From: Alphaproteobacteria bacterium | GTDB lineage: Bacteria > Pseudomonadota > Alphaproteobacteria > GCA-2731375 | DNA: 64,000 bases | Direction of reading: 5' to 3' | Assembly (NCBI GenBank): GCA_965225945.1 | Contig: CBDDBZ010000038.1 | Span: 498,658 to 562,657 of the forward strand | Part shown: positions 21,317 through 31,241 of the stretch, piece after piece | How positions within the stretch are numbered: the stretch's first letter is position 1 | How the letters are laid out: each line of letters starts with the position of its first letter | Program-made: the position numbers and the translations under genes | Notes under the pieces: generated by a model | Databases searched by the model: none | Seen by the model: only the letters and a program-made list of their open reading frames with translations | What the model was told of the DNA's origin: nothing

Positions 21317-23326
21317 ATGTCGCGCGAGATCATGCGCCTGATGGCCGCGGCGACCAACAAGGGCCAAGCCTACGACCTGTCGGAGGAAATTCCGACCAAC
21401 CAGTCCGACGCCGCGACGCTGGGCGACGTCATCCACCGGCGTTACCGCCGCCGCACGGTGCTCAAGGGGGCGCTGGCGGTCTCGGCGATCGCGGCGGTGG
21501 CGGGATCGGGCGTCCTCAGCGCGGCACGGGAGGCACGCGCCGCCTCGGGACGTTTCTCCTTCACGGAGATCGAACACGGGGCCGACGGAACCCATCACGT
21601 GGCGCCCGGCTACGATGCCGATATTCTGATTCGTTGGGGCGATCCGGTGACCGCCGACGCGCCCGCCTTCGATCCCCACAAGCAGACGCCGGAGGCCCAG
21701 GAGCGGCAGTTCGGCTACAACAACGACTATATCGGCTATCTGCCGCTGCCGGCCGGTTCCGACAACTCCGAGCACGGCCTGCTCTTCGTCAATCACGAAT
21801 ACACCAACGAGGAACTGATGTTTCCCGGCCTCGGCAAGCAGGATCGCAAGGCGAAGTTCTCCGGCATGACGCGGCCGTTGATCGACATCGAGATGTCGGC
21901 GCACGGCGGCTCGGTCATCGAGGTGAAGAAGGAAAACGGAAAGTGGCGGGTGGTCGCGGGCAGCCGCCATGCGCGGCGGATCACCACGCGGACCACGCCG
22001 ATGGTGCTCTCCGGCCCCGCCGCCGGCGACGAGGCGATGAAGGCCTCGGCCGATTCGACCGGCACCAAGGTCGTCGGCATGCTCAACAATTGCGCTGGCG
22101 GAACCACTCCGTGGGGCACGGTGCTGACCGGCGAGGAGAACATTCGCGGCTACTTCTGGACCGACGGCGATCGCAAGAAGGTCGCCAAGCGTTACAAACG
22201 CTATGGTGTTCCCGGCAAGTGGTACGCCTGGGGCAAGTTCCACGATCGCTTCAACATCGACAAGGAACCGAACGAATCCAACCGCTTCGGCTATATCGTC
22301 GAGATCGATCCCTATGATGCGGACTCGGTGCCGATAAAGCGCACCGCGCTCGGTCGGATGGCGCACGAGGGGGCCAACGTCATCGTCAACGGCGACGGTC
22401 GCGTCGTCGCCTACACCGGAGACGACGCGCGCTTCGAATACCTCTACAAGTTCGTTTCCGTCGGCCGCTTCGATGCCGACGATCGCGCCGCGAACCGCGA
22501 CCTGCTGGACGACGGCACGCTCTACGTCGCCCGGTTCGACGCCGACGGGTCCATCGCTTGGCTGCCGCTCGTGCACGGCCGGGGGCCGTTGACCACGGCG
22601 AAGGGTTTCGCCTCGCAGGCGGACATCTGCATTCGCACGCGCCAAGCGGCCGACGCGGTGGGCGCGACGCCGATGGACCGACCCGAGGATGTCGAGCCGA
22701 ACCTGAAGACCGGCAAGGTCTACGTCATGCTCACCAACAATTCGAAGCGCAAGCCCGACCAGGTGGACGCGGCAAATCCCAGGGCGAAGAACAGTTTCGG
22801 CCACATTGTCGAGATCACGCCCGCCGAGGGCGATCACGCGGCGACGACGGCCAAGTGGGAAATCCTGATCAAGGCGGGCGATCCCAGGGTCGCGAAGGTC
22901 GGCGCGATGTATCACCCGGCGACGTCCGAGAACGGCTGGTTCGCCTCACCCGACAACTGCGCCGTCGACAACCAGGGCCGGCTTAGGGTGACTACGGATC
23001 AGGGTCGCAATTGGGGCAAGACGCAGACCGCCGACGGCGTCTACGCGGTGGAGACAGAAGGCGAGATGCGCGGCCATTCCAAGATGTTCTTCCGCACGCC
23101 GATCGGCGCCGAGATGTGCGGCCCCGTATTCACCCCGGACGACCGCACGCTGTTCCTGGCGGTGCAGCATCCGGCCGCCGACGGCACCAAGGACTACAAG
23201 GACTTCGAGCGCGCCTCGACGTTCGAGGATCCGGCCACCCGTTGGCCCGACTTCGACGACGGGATGCCGGTCAGGCCGAGCGTGGTCGTGGTCACCAAGA
23301 AGGACGGCGGCGTGATCGGCGGGTGA
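21317..23326 (+). CDS. phoX: PhoX-family alkaline phosphatase, Tat-exported
   Basis: RRTVLKG Tat motif; NNCAGGTTPWGT.LTGEEN, HEGA, MDRPED, SPDN and VQHP motifs. Confidence 0.93.
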   Translation: MSREIMRLMAAATNKGQAYDLSEEIPTNQSDAATLGDVIHRRYRRRTVLKGALAVSAIAAVAGSGVLSAAREARAASGRFSFTEIEHGADGTHHVAPGYDADILIRWGDPVTADAPAFDPHKQTPEAQERQFGYNNDYIGYLPLPAGSDNSEHGLLFVNHEYTNEELMFPGLGKQDRKAKFSGMTRPLIDIEMSAHGGSVIEVKKENGKWRVVAGSRHARRITTRTTPMVLSGPAAGDEAMKASADSTGTKVVGMLNNCAGGTTPWGTVLTGEENIRGYFWTDGDRKKVAKRYKRYGVPGKWYAWGKFHDRFNIDKEPNESNRFGYIVEIDPYDADSVPIKRTALGRMAHEGANVIVNGDGRVVAYTGDDARFEYLYKFVSVGRFDADDRAANRDLLDDGTLYVARFDADGSIAWLPLVHGRGPLTTAKGFASQADICIRTRQAADAVGATPMDRPEDVEPNLKTGKVYVMLTNNSKRKPDQVDAANPRAKNSFGHIVEITPAEGDHAATTAKWEILIKAGDPRVAKVGAMYHPATSENGWFASPDNCAVDNQGRLRVTTDQGRNWGKTQTADGVYAVETEGEMRGHSKMFFRTPIGAEMCGPVFTPDDRTLFLAVQHPAADGTKDYKDFERASTFEDPATRWPDFDDGMPVRPSVVVVTKKDGGVIGG

Positions 23327-23347
23327 GCGGGCGGCGACCTTGAGCCT

Positions 23348-24397
23348 TTACGCCGCCGCTTGCGCCCGGAAGTGGGGGGCGACCTCGGCCATGAAGCGGC
23401 GGAGGCTCGCCATCGCATCCTCGTGCGCCATGGGGCCGAGGCGGAAGCTCAAGATCAGGCCGCCGACGCCGGTCGCGGCCAATTCGGCGATTCGCTCGCG
23501 AACCGTGGCCGGCGCGCCCATGATCAGCGCGTCTTCCGGCCGGTTGCGGGCGATTTCGCCGCCTTCGTGGTGCAGGCGGAGGCCCTGTTCCCGGTAGACC
23601 CGCTCGCGCATCGCCGCGCGGTGCGCCGCCTGTTCGCGGAACGCCGGCAGCGCGATGCGCTCCGCCTCGCCGTCGCTTGCCGCCACGAAGACGTTGCGCC
23701 AGGCCCAGCTCTCGGCGAGGCAACGCCGAATCGTCGCCGGGTCGTGGCCGGCCTCGGCCATCGCTTCGCGATAGAGGGCGAGGCGGTGGGCGACGGTCGC
23801 GCTCGACTGCACGTTCATCATGAACGGGCGGCCGGTCCGCGCCATCTCCAGCATCGAGACTTCGCCGCTGGCGGCGCGGATGATCCGGGGGTGCGGCCGG
23901 GTATAGGGGCGCGGGCGCAGCAACGGCAGGCGGAGAGTCCAAAACCTTCCCCGATGCTCGAAATTCTCCGTCGTCCAGGCCCCGAGCAGGATCTCCTCCG
24001 CCTCGATCAGCCGCGCCTGGGCTTCGTCGGGGTCGATCCCATAGCCGATGTATTCGTAAATGTTGTGCGCCGTGCCCCGGCCGAGGCCGATGATCAGCCG
24101 GCCGTGGGAGATGTTGTCCAAGAGCGCCATCTGCTCGGCGAGACGGATCGGGTGGTGCAGCGAGACCTGGGCCACGGCGAAGCCGATCTGGATCCGCCGG
24201 GTCGAGGCGGCGATGGCGCCGGCGAAGCTCACGGAATCGACATAGGCGCAGTTGCCGTCGAAGTGATGCTCGGCGAGCCACAGCACTTCCATGCCCAGTT
24301 CGTCGGAGAGGCGCGCCTCGGCAAGCGTCTCGTCGATCACCTGGCCGTCGCGCTCGGGCACCCGGCTTTCGGGGAACAAAAAGTTACCGAACCGCAT
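23348..24397 (-). CDS. LLM-class (luciferase-like) flavin-dependent oxidoreductase
   Basis: WLAEHHF and HPIRLAEQ.ALLDNIS.GRL..GLGRG motifs. Confidence 0.9.
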   Translation of the reverse strand: MRFGNFLFPESRVPERDGQVIDETLAEARLSDELGMEVLWLAEHHFDGNCAYVDSVSFAGAIAASTRRIQIGFAVAQVSLHHPIRLAEQMALLDNISHGRLIIGLGRGTAHNIYEYIGYGIDPDEAQARLIEAEEILLGAWTTENFEHRGRFWTLRLPLLRPRPYTRPHPRIIRAASGEVSMLEMARTGRPFMMNVQSSATVAHRLALYREAMAEAGHDPATIRRCLAESWAWRNVFVAASDGEAERIALPAFREQAAHRAAMRERVYREQGLRLHHEGGEIARNRPEDALIMGAPATVRERIAELAATGVGGLILSFRLGPMAHEDAMASLRRFMAEVAPHFRAQAAA

Positions 24398-24405
24398 GGC
24401 GACTG

Positions 24406-25017
24406 CTAGCCGGCGCGGCCGGACTCGAGGGCGCTTTGCATCACCTCCAGGCGATCGTTGCCGAAATACATGTCGTCGTCGTCGATGAAGAAGGTGGGGG
24501 TGCCGAAACCGCCCCGGGCGATGATCTCGTCTGTGCTGGCGAAGAGCCGCTGTTTGATCGCGTCCTCGCCGATTTGGGCGAGAAATTCGGTCGGATCGAA
24601 CCCGGCCGAGGCGGCGACATCGGCCAACACCGCCGGGTCCGAGATATCCCGGTCGTGGCACCAATAGGCCTCGAAGCAGGCCCGGGAATAGGCCGAAACC
24701 CGCCCCTCGTCGATGGCGAGGAGGGCGCCCCGGAGCGCTCTGACGCTGTTCAACGGGAAGACGCTGGGACGTTTCACCGCCAGACCCAGGTGGCGGGCCC
24801 AGTCGACCATGTCCTTGCGGTAATAGTCGTCCTTCGGCGGTACCGGATTCTCGCGGCGGTGATAGACCGAGGGGTTCACCTTGTTGAAGACGGCGCCGAC
24901 CAGAAACGGCTTCCAGACCAGTTCGGCACCGTTGTCGGCGCAAAAGCCCTCGATCCTCTCGAAGGCGAAATAGGTCCAGGGGCTCGAATAGTCGAAGAAG
25001 AATTCGATGGTCGCCAT
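24406..25017 (-). CDS. 2-hydroxychromene-2-carboxylate isomerase/DsbA-like protein
   Basis: FFFDYSSPWTY and GGFGTPTF...YFGNDRL motifs. Confidence 0.88.
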   Translation of the reverse strand: MATIEFFFDYSSPWTYFAFERIEGFCADNGAELVWKPFLVGAVFNKVNPSVYHRRENPVPPKDDYYRKDMVDWARHLGLAVKRPSVFPLNSVRALRGALLAIDEGRVSAYSRACFEAYWCHDRDISDPAVLADVAASAGFDPTEFLAQIGEDAIKQRLFASTDEIIARGGFGTPTFFIDDDDMYFGNDRLEVMQSALESGRAG

Positions 25018-25208
25018 GCTCCGGCCTCCCCCCCCGCGCGGTCCCACCGCCGCGCCCGCCGGCCACTCTGACGGATCGGCGAGATTCCGCAACCCGGCGG
25101 CGATCGTCTCGGCTGGGGTAACCGGCCTTGGGTGTGGTAATGTCGCGGACCGCTCGAGTTTCGGACGGCAGCGGCGATCACTTTTTTCATCGATAGGGGG
25201 CGGCGACC

Positions 25209-25955
25209 ATGGCCTACGAAGGCATGATTGCGGAGAGCATTTCGATCAACGGCGACGAGAACGAGCCGATCTCGGCCTATGTTGCGCGGCCGCTGGGTCC
25301 AGGGCCTTTCCCTGGCATCGTGCTGATTCATCATGTCCCCGGCTGGGACGAATGGTACCGCGAGGCGACCCGCAAGTTCGCCCATCACGGCTATGCGGCG
25401 ATCAGCCATAACCTCTATCACCGCGCCGGCGAAGGCAAAGCCGACGATGTCGCCGCCAAGGTGCGCGCCGAGGGCGGCGTCGGGGATGCCCAGGTCATCG
25501 GCGATACCGAAGGCGCGGTGGCATGGCTGCGCGCTCAGCCCTGGCTCAATGGCAAGGTCGGCGTGCTGGGCACCTGTTCGGGCGGGCGCCATACCTTCCT
25601 GTTCGCCTGCCATACCGGGAGCATCGACGCCGCGGTCGAACTTTGGGGCGGCCGGGTGGTGATGAGCGAGGAGGAGCTGACGGAGAAGCAGCCGAGGGCG
25701 CCGATCGAATTTACGAAGGACCTTTCCTGCCCTCTGCTCGGTCTCTTCGGCAATGACGACCGCGCGCCGACCCCGGAGCAGGTGGACCAGCACGAGGCCG
25801 AGCTCGAAAAGCACGGTAAGGATTTCGAGTTTCACCGCTACGACGGTGCTGGGCACGGCTTCTTCTACTACGACCGGCCCATGTACCGCATCGAGCAGGC
25901 GGTGGACGGCTGGCAAAAGGTGTTCGCGTTCTTGGCCGAACACTTGGCCGCATAG
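25209..25955 (+). CDS. Dienelactone hydrolase family protein
   Basis: GTCSGG nucleophile motif and YDGAGHGF. Confidence 0.9.
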   Translation: MAYEGMIAESISINGDENEPISAYVARPLGPGPFPGIVLIHHVPGWDEWYREATRKFAHHGYAAISHNLYHRAGEGKADDVAAKVRAEGGVGDAQVIGDTEGAVAWLRAQPWLNGKVGVLGTCSGGRHTFLFACHTGSIDAAVELWGGRVVMSEEELTEKQPRAPIEFTKDLSCPLLGLFGNDDRAPTPEQVDQHEAELEKHGKDFEFHRYDGAGHGFFYYDRPMYRIEQAVDGWQKVFAFLAEHLAA

Positions 25956-25963
25956 TCGCGGGC

Positions 25964-26242
25964 ATGTGTACCTCGATCGTCGAGATCGCCGCCGCGGACG
26001 GCGCCGGCAAGGGCGAGGGGGGGTGGTTCGCGCTCACCCACGCGGTGGTGTCCTACGACCACCCGCACCATGCTCTGCTGGAAGAGGCCATTACCATCGA
26101 CTTCGTGAACGCCGCGCTCGGGCCCGGCGCGCGCGCCGCGGTCGAGCTCACGCTCGGCTCGGCCAAGGAGCTGAGCGGCGCGCTCGCCAGGGCGATCGCG
26201 GCGGCCGAGGTCGAGGAAAGCGCGCGTTCACGCAGGGTGTGA
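25964..26242 (+). CDS. Small conserved protein (DUF6295-like)
   Basis: MCTSI..., YDHPHH, IDFVN, GP.ARAAVEL; RBS context is weak. Confidence 0.65.
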   Translation: MCTSIVEIAAADGAGKGEGGWFALTHAVVSYDHPHHALLEEAITIDFVNAALGPGARAAVELTLGSAKELSGALARAIAAAEVEESARSRRV

Positions 26243-26268
26243 AGCCGGTCTTGCATTTGAAAAGGGGG

Positions 26269-26364
26269 AAAGGGGTCATTCTACTTTTCCGCCTCCGCTG
26301 GCGCTGGCGACAGGAGCCACGAAGAGGCTTGCCGCAGCGACCGATAAAGTAGAATGACCCCTTT
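26269..26364. repeat. 96-bp REP-doublet/MITE-like element, copy 1
   Basis: 19-bp perfect terminal inverted repeats AAAGGGGTCATTCTACTTT / AAAGTAGAATGACCCCTTT. Confidence 0.85.
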
Positions 26365-26528
26365 TCCATTTGCCTCACGCCGGCAATAGTTGGGTAATCT
26401 TCGAGCCAATGGTCACGGTCTTCTTGGCGTGAACACATCTGCAGTTGCAATTTGAGCACTAACTTTGCCGTGTCACCGTCGGGGCGAGTTTGTTCGACAG
26501 CTAACCAGAATGGCCCTACATAGACGCC

Positions 26529-27740
26529 ATGGAACGGTTTCGCGAATTTCGCGACGGTGGCTGGCGGCGGCCCGAGGTTTTGATCCTGGCGATGGCCGGC
26601 GCCGTGCCTTTCAGTTTTGCCACCTGGAGCGCGCTGCTGAACAATTTCGTCATCGAACGCGCCGCCTTCACCGGCGCCGAAATCGGCATCCTGCAAAGCC
26701 TGCGCGAAGTGCCGGGCTTCTTGGCCTTCGGGGTGGTGTTCGTTCTAATCCTGATGCGAGAGCAGACCCTAGCGCTGGCGTCTCTTCTGCTGCTCGGAAT
26801 CGGTACGGCGATGGCTGGCTGGTTCCCCACGGTGGTCGGCCTCTATTGCACGACGGTGCTGATGTCGCTCGGCTATCACTATTACCAGACCATGCAGCAA
26901 TCTCTCACCCTGCAATGGATCGTGCCAGAGAAGACGCCCGAAATGTTGGGCCGCATCCTCGCCGTGGGGTCGGCGACCTCGATCGTCACCTTTGGCATAA
27001 TCTGGCTGGCGTACGACTTCGCCGCCCTCGAATTTCACTGGGTCTATATGATCGGCGGCGGCGTGACGGCGGCCGCGGCGCTGGCCTGCTGGACCGCCTA
27101 TCCACGGTATACCGGCGCCGTGGAGCAGCATCGCCATCTGGTGATCAGGCGGCGATATTGGCTGTTCTATCTATTGACCTTCATGGGCGGCGCCCGGCGG
27201 CAGATTTTTGTCGTCTTCGCCGGCTTTTTGATGGTCGAAAAGTTCGGCTTCGGAGTCGACGACATCACCCTTTTGTTCTTGTTGAACGCGGCCATCAACA
27301 TGTGGCTGGCGCCACGCGTCGGACGGCTTGTTGCGCGCTGGGGAGAACGCCGCGTCCTGATCTTCGAATATAGCGGTCTGATCGGCGTGTTCGTCGGCTA
27401 CGCCCTGGTCGAGAACGCCGCCCTGGCCGCCGGCCTCTATGTGGTTGATCATCTGTTTTTCGCCCTTGCCCTGGCGATCAATACCTACTTTCAAAAGATT
27501 GCCGACACCGCCGACATTGCCTCGACGGCGGGGGTCGGCTTTTCCATCGACCATACGGCGGCGGTGACCATCCCCGTGGTTTTGGGTTTTCTATGGCTGA
27601 CCTCGCCGGCCATGGTATTTCTGACCGGCGGCGCCATGGCGGCCTTCTCCCTGCTGCTTGCCTGCAACGTGCCGACGCGGCCGTCACCCGGCAAGGAAAC
27701 GCTGTTCAGCTTCGGCAGAAAACCAACCCTGGAGAGTTAG
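26529..27740 (+). CDS. MFS transporter
   Basis: About 12 hydrophobic segments; LQSLREVPGFLAF and GARRQIFVVFA motifs. Confidence 0.88.
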   Translation: MERFREFRDGGWRRPEVLILAMAGAVPFSFATWSALLNNFVIERAAFTGAEIGILQSLREVPGFLAFGVVFVLILMREQTLALASLLLLGIGTAMAGWFPTVVGLYCTTVLMSLGYHYYQTMQQSLTLQWIVPEKTPEMLGRILAVGSATSIVTFGIIWLAYDFAALEFHWVYMIGGGVTAAAALACWTAYPRYTGAVEQHRHLVIRRRYWLFYLLTFMGGARRQIFVVFAGFLMVEKFGFGVDDITLLFLLNAAINMWLAPRVGRLVARWGERRVLIFEYSGLIGVFVGYALVENAALAAGLYVVDHLFFALALAINTYFQKIADTADIASTAGVGFSIDHTAAVTIPVVLGFLWLTSPAMVFLTGGAMAAFSLLLACNVPTRPSPGKETLFSFGRKPTLES

Positions 27741-27981
27741 CATCCCCGGGATCGATGTTGACCGGCAAGCAGTACAAAGCCCGGCCCCACAGTCGCGCCC
27801 ACGTTCGAAGGGCAGAAAGCGCGTCCTGCCATTGGCAACCTCGCACGAACTTTGGTGGTCAGCCGAGCAAGTTACACACTTAGAAGAGACAAAGGGGTCA
27901 TTCTACTTTTCCGCCTCGGTTGGCGCTGGCGACACGAGCCACGAAGAGGCCCGCCGCAGCGACCGATTAAGTAGAATCTAA

Positions 27982-28929
27982 TTACGCATCAACCTCAGCC
28001 AATTTGAGGAGCCGATATGGCATGGGGGGCGTGCGCAGGGCGTCGCGTCCGAGGGCCTCGATCATGTCGGCGAGCCGGTAGCGGCGGTTATATCGGTATT
28101 GGAACGCCGCCAGGTAGCGCGGAACGTGTTTGGGCCGGATCGCATGGTAGGTGCCACGCAGGGTGTTCTTGAGATTGCCGAGGGTGGTGTTGACCCATTT
28201 GAAGGCCGGCACGGCGACGGCCCCTGGTCCGGAGCCGGTGGGTATCGGATGGTGGGCGCAGCCTTGCGCGGTGACCGCGGTGAAGCAGTTGAGCCCGTCG
28301 CTGAAGACGCTCGTCCCGGGGCTCAGGTCGCGCTTGGCCATCTTGGCGATTTCGGCCTTGCGGAAGCCCTTGACGCGGCGCAGCTTGATGCGCACGGGCT
28401 GGCCCTCCGCCGTGGTCTGGACGGCGGCGACGAACGGCGTCTTGCCCGGCGCGCCCCGGCCGCGCTTGGCCCCGGAACGGCGGCCGCCGAGGTAGGCGTC
28501 GTCCATCTCCACCCGCCCGGTGAGCGGCAATTTGGCGTCGCGCTCGAGCATGGATTGCATCAGTTTCTGCTTGATCTTCCAGGCCGTGGTCTGGGTGACG
28601 CCGAGCCGGCGGCCGAGTTCGATGGAGGAGATCCCCTTCTTCGATTGGGTCATGTGATAGATCGCCGAAAACCACAGGGTCAGCGCCAGCTTGGTCGCGT
28701 GGAAGAGCGTGCCGGCGGTCAGCGAGACTTGATGACGGCAGGCGGCGCATTGGTAGAGCTTGCGGCCGGCGATCTCGCAATGGCGCGTGGCGCCGCATCG
28801 GGGGCAGGAGAAGCCCTCCGGCCAGCGCCAGCGGAACAGGGCCTCGCGACACTGCTGCTCGGTACCGTACAACTCACGAAAACGCGGCTCGCTGAGCCCC
28901 TTCTGGAACTGAACCTTGTTGCGTGGCAT
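27982..28929 (-). CDS. IS1595-family transposase
   Basis: Zn ribbon CPRC..CAAC; VEMDDAY, SDG and YRYNRR motifs. Confidence 0.93.
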   Translation of the reverse strand: MPRNKVQFQKGLSEPRFRELYGTEQQCREALFRWRWPEGFSCPRCGATRHCEIAGRKLYQCAACRHQVSLTAGTLFHATKLALTLWFSAIYHMTQSKKGISSIELGRRLGVTQTTAWKIKQKLMQSMLERDAKLPLTGRVEMDDAYLGGRRSGAKRGRGAPGKTPFVAAVQTTAEGQPVRIKLRRVKGFRKAEIAKMAKRDLSPGTSVFSDGLNCFTAVTAQGCAHHPIPTGSGPGAVAVPAFKWVNTTLGNLKNTLRGTYHAIRPKHVPRYLAAFQYRYNRRYRLADMIEALGRDALRTPPMPYRLLKLAEVDA

Positions 28930-29040
28930 CGTGAACCCCCTGAAAAACCGCCAAATGTTGTAACTACCCAGGTCTGATTGGCCCGAGCGTTTGTATGTGA
29001 GGGATCGTGGGGGTCCGGGCTGGTAGCGGTGCCGGTGTTC

Positions 29041-30579
29041 TCAGAGGCGCAGTTGGGGGATTAGTTGCATCGGATCGGGATGCACCAGGGTCTGGAGGAC
29101 GTTCCAGCCTTGCTTTCGGGCGGTGGCGATGACGGCACGCATTCTGGCGAAGTTGTAGGCACCCCTCTCGGAGCGGAAGCCACCGGAGATCTTCTGGCGC
29201 AGCTTGGCCATTCGGAGGTCACGTTCGGCCTCATTGTTCGTAAACGGCGTGCGCGGGTCGGTGAGGAATCGCAGGCATCCCTCCTTGTGCTTGCGGAGGC
29301 GGAGCGCGAGGTTATGACCGATGCGGCGTTTCTTTCGTCCGCGCTTGCCGGTCCGGAGCGGCGGCTGCGCCTCGTGGAAGGCGATGGCGTGGTCGAGGAT
29401 GCGGGCCCAGGCCCGCGAGATCCGGGCCACCAGGGAGGCGGGCACGTCGCGGCCGTTCTCACGGGAGAAGCGGGTAGCCCTGTGTGCGCGCTCAAGGAGG
29501 CGGTGCATGCTCTTTGCCCAGTCTTCCTTCTCGATGTCGATCAGGGCCTGGAGTTCGCGCAGGTGATGGGCGTTGCAGGCGCCGTGGCGCACGCCCTTGA
29601 GGGTGAAGTAGGCGGCGTAATCGTCATGGATGAGGATGCCTTCGAGGTCCTTTTCGACATCGCCGCGTCCCGCGCCGATGCGCAGGACGGTCAGGAATGG
29701 GGTGCACAGCACGTGGAGCCAGCGGGTACGGGCGGCGATCCGCAGGCCGGTTTCGTCGAGGTGCTTGACCGGGACCGCTGTGCGGATCACGTCTGCGACA
29801 TGGGCGAGGAAGGGCTCGAAGCGCCTGGCGATTCGCCGGCCCATGGCGGTGATCGTGGCTGTGGAGATGGACACTGCGAAGAGGTCGCTCATGAGTTCGG
29901 CCAAGCGCTTCTCGGGAACGAACTGGGCGTACAGCAGGTAGCTCACCCAGGCGGTGATGCGTGGCCCGTACTGGACCGGGGCGGTCACGCCGTCCGGGAA
30001 GACGGCTCCTGTCACGGTGGCGCAGGCGCCGCAGAGGCAGCGATGGGCGCGGTGTTCGGTGACCTCCAGGGGGCGTGGCTCGGGCACATCGAAGACCTGT
30101 CGACAGACGGGCGCGCGGTGACGGTCGGCGTCCGACAGCGGTGCGCCGCAGCCCGAACAGGCGGAGGGGTCATGATCCACAACATGGTCCGGGCTCTCGG
30201 TCCGCGCCAGCGTCGTTCCCTTGTGGCCCGGCTGGCCGCCGCTTGGCCTGCCGGACTTGCCGCGCTGGCTTCGGGTGCGCCTCTGGGTTCCGCTCTTCTT
30301 GCGCAGGCCGTCGCTGGCGGGCGGCTTGCTGCTGGTGGTGCTGTCAAGCGCCGCGCTCCGCTCGAGCTCGGCGATGCGGTCCCGCAGGGTCGCGTTCTCC
30401 CGCTCGAGCGCGGCATTCTCCCGGACGAGCGCCGTGGCCAGGCGCAACAGCCCCTGGCCCCATTCCCGGAAGGCCTTGACGACTGTGATTGCGAAGGATG
30501 AGGGGTCAAGAAGATCTTGCAGGCACGCGAAGGCCTCGTCATGGGCGGCGAGGTCCTCGTGCCAGCGCGACAGCGTCAC
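29041..30579 (-). CDS. IS66-family transposase (single-transposase, ISBst12-like type)
   Basis: SSKPPASD, GGQPGHKG, CSGC..C, DETG, CNAHHLREL and TNNEAERDLR motifs. Confidence 0.93.
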   Translation of the reverse strand: MTLSRWHEDLAAHDEAFACLQDLLDPSSFAITVVKAFREWGQGLLRLATALVRENAALERENATLRDRIAELERSAALDSTTSSKPPASDGLRKKSGTQRRTRSQRGKSGRPSGGQPGHKGTTLARTESPDHVVDHDPSACSGCGAPLSDADRHRAPVCRQVFDVPEPRPLEVTEHRAHRCLCGACATVTGAVFPDGVTAPVQYGPRITAWVSYLLYAQFVPEKRLAELMSDLFAVSISTATITAMGRRIARRFEPFLAHVADVIRTAVPVKHLDETGLRIAARTRWLHVLCTPFLTVLRIGAGRGDVEKDLEGILIHDDYAAYFTLKGVRHGACNAHHLRELQALIDIEKEDWAKSMHRLLERAHRATRFSRENGRDVPASLVARISRAWARILDHAIAFHEAQPPLRTGKRGRKKRRIGHNLALRLRKHKEGCLRFLTDPRTPFTNNEAERDLRMAKLRQKISGGFRSERGAYNFARMRAVIATARKQGWNVLQTLVHPDPMQLIPQLRL

Positions 30580-31241
30580 GGGTCCTCGGCATCGACGGCC
30601 ATCATGGCGGCCAGCACCGCGAGGCGTTCGCCCGCCGGCAAGGCCTTGTAACGCCGGCCCCAGTTGGCCGCCTTACGCTTGATGCGCTGGCGGTCGGTGA
30701 AGTTCCGGCCTGCGTAGCTCGCCCAATGCACCCGGTCGGGCGCGAAGTTGAACCACACGACCTCGGTCCGCACCTGGGCCTGGGTCGTCACCTGCAGCGC
30801 CAGACTGCGCCAGCCCGCCAGCATCTCGTCATAGAGCGCCGAGGGATGGCCCGAGACCATCACCTGGCAGGGCAGATCCTTGAGCAGGTCCAGGAGCGCG
30901 ACATGGTCGACCTCCTCGTAGTCGAAGCGATAGCGCCGTGCCGAACGGCGGGTCGCGTGCAGATAGGGGGGATCGCTGTAGACCAGCTCCGGGCCCAGAA
31001 ACGGGAACGAGGCCAAAAAGGCATGGGCACAGCCATGCACCAACTCGACCGGGTAGTCACAGGCAAAGGCCTCGAGCGCCTGCGCATCGCGGTCGATGCC
31101 GATCGAGCGCACGCCCGTTGGCTTGCGCTTCATCAGCGCACCGCCCCCCAGGTGGCTCTCGATGTAAACGCTGTGCGGCGGCATCAGCGCAATCAGCGCC
31201 TGGCACAGACCGCTCGTCGCCTTCGACCCAAAATATTCCAC
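30576..31241 (-). CDS. DNA adenine methyltransferase (D12/Dam-like)
   Basis: YFGSK, YIESHLGGGA (motif I) and VYSDPPY (motif IV); GTGA overlap with the transposase start. Confidence 0.82.
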   Translation of the reverse strand: MEYFGSKATSGLCQALIALMPPHSVYIESHLGGGALMKRKPTGVRSIGIDRDAQALEAFACDYPVELVHGCAHAFLASFPFLGPELVYSDPPYLHATRRSARRYRFDYEEVDHVALLDLLKDLPCQVMVSGHPSALYDEMLAGWRSLALQVTTQAQVRTEVVWFNFAPDRVHWASYAGRNFTDRQRIKRKAANWGRRYKALPAGERLAVLAAMMAVDAEDP

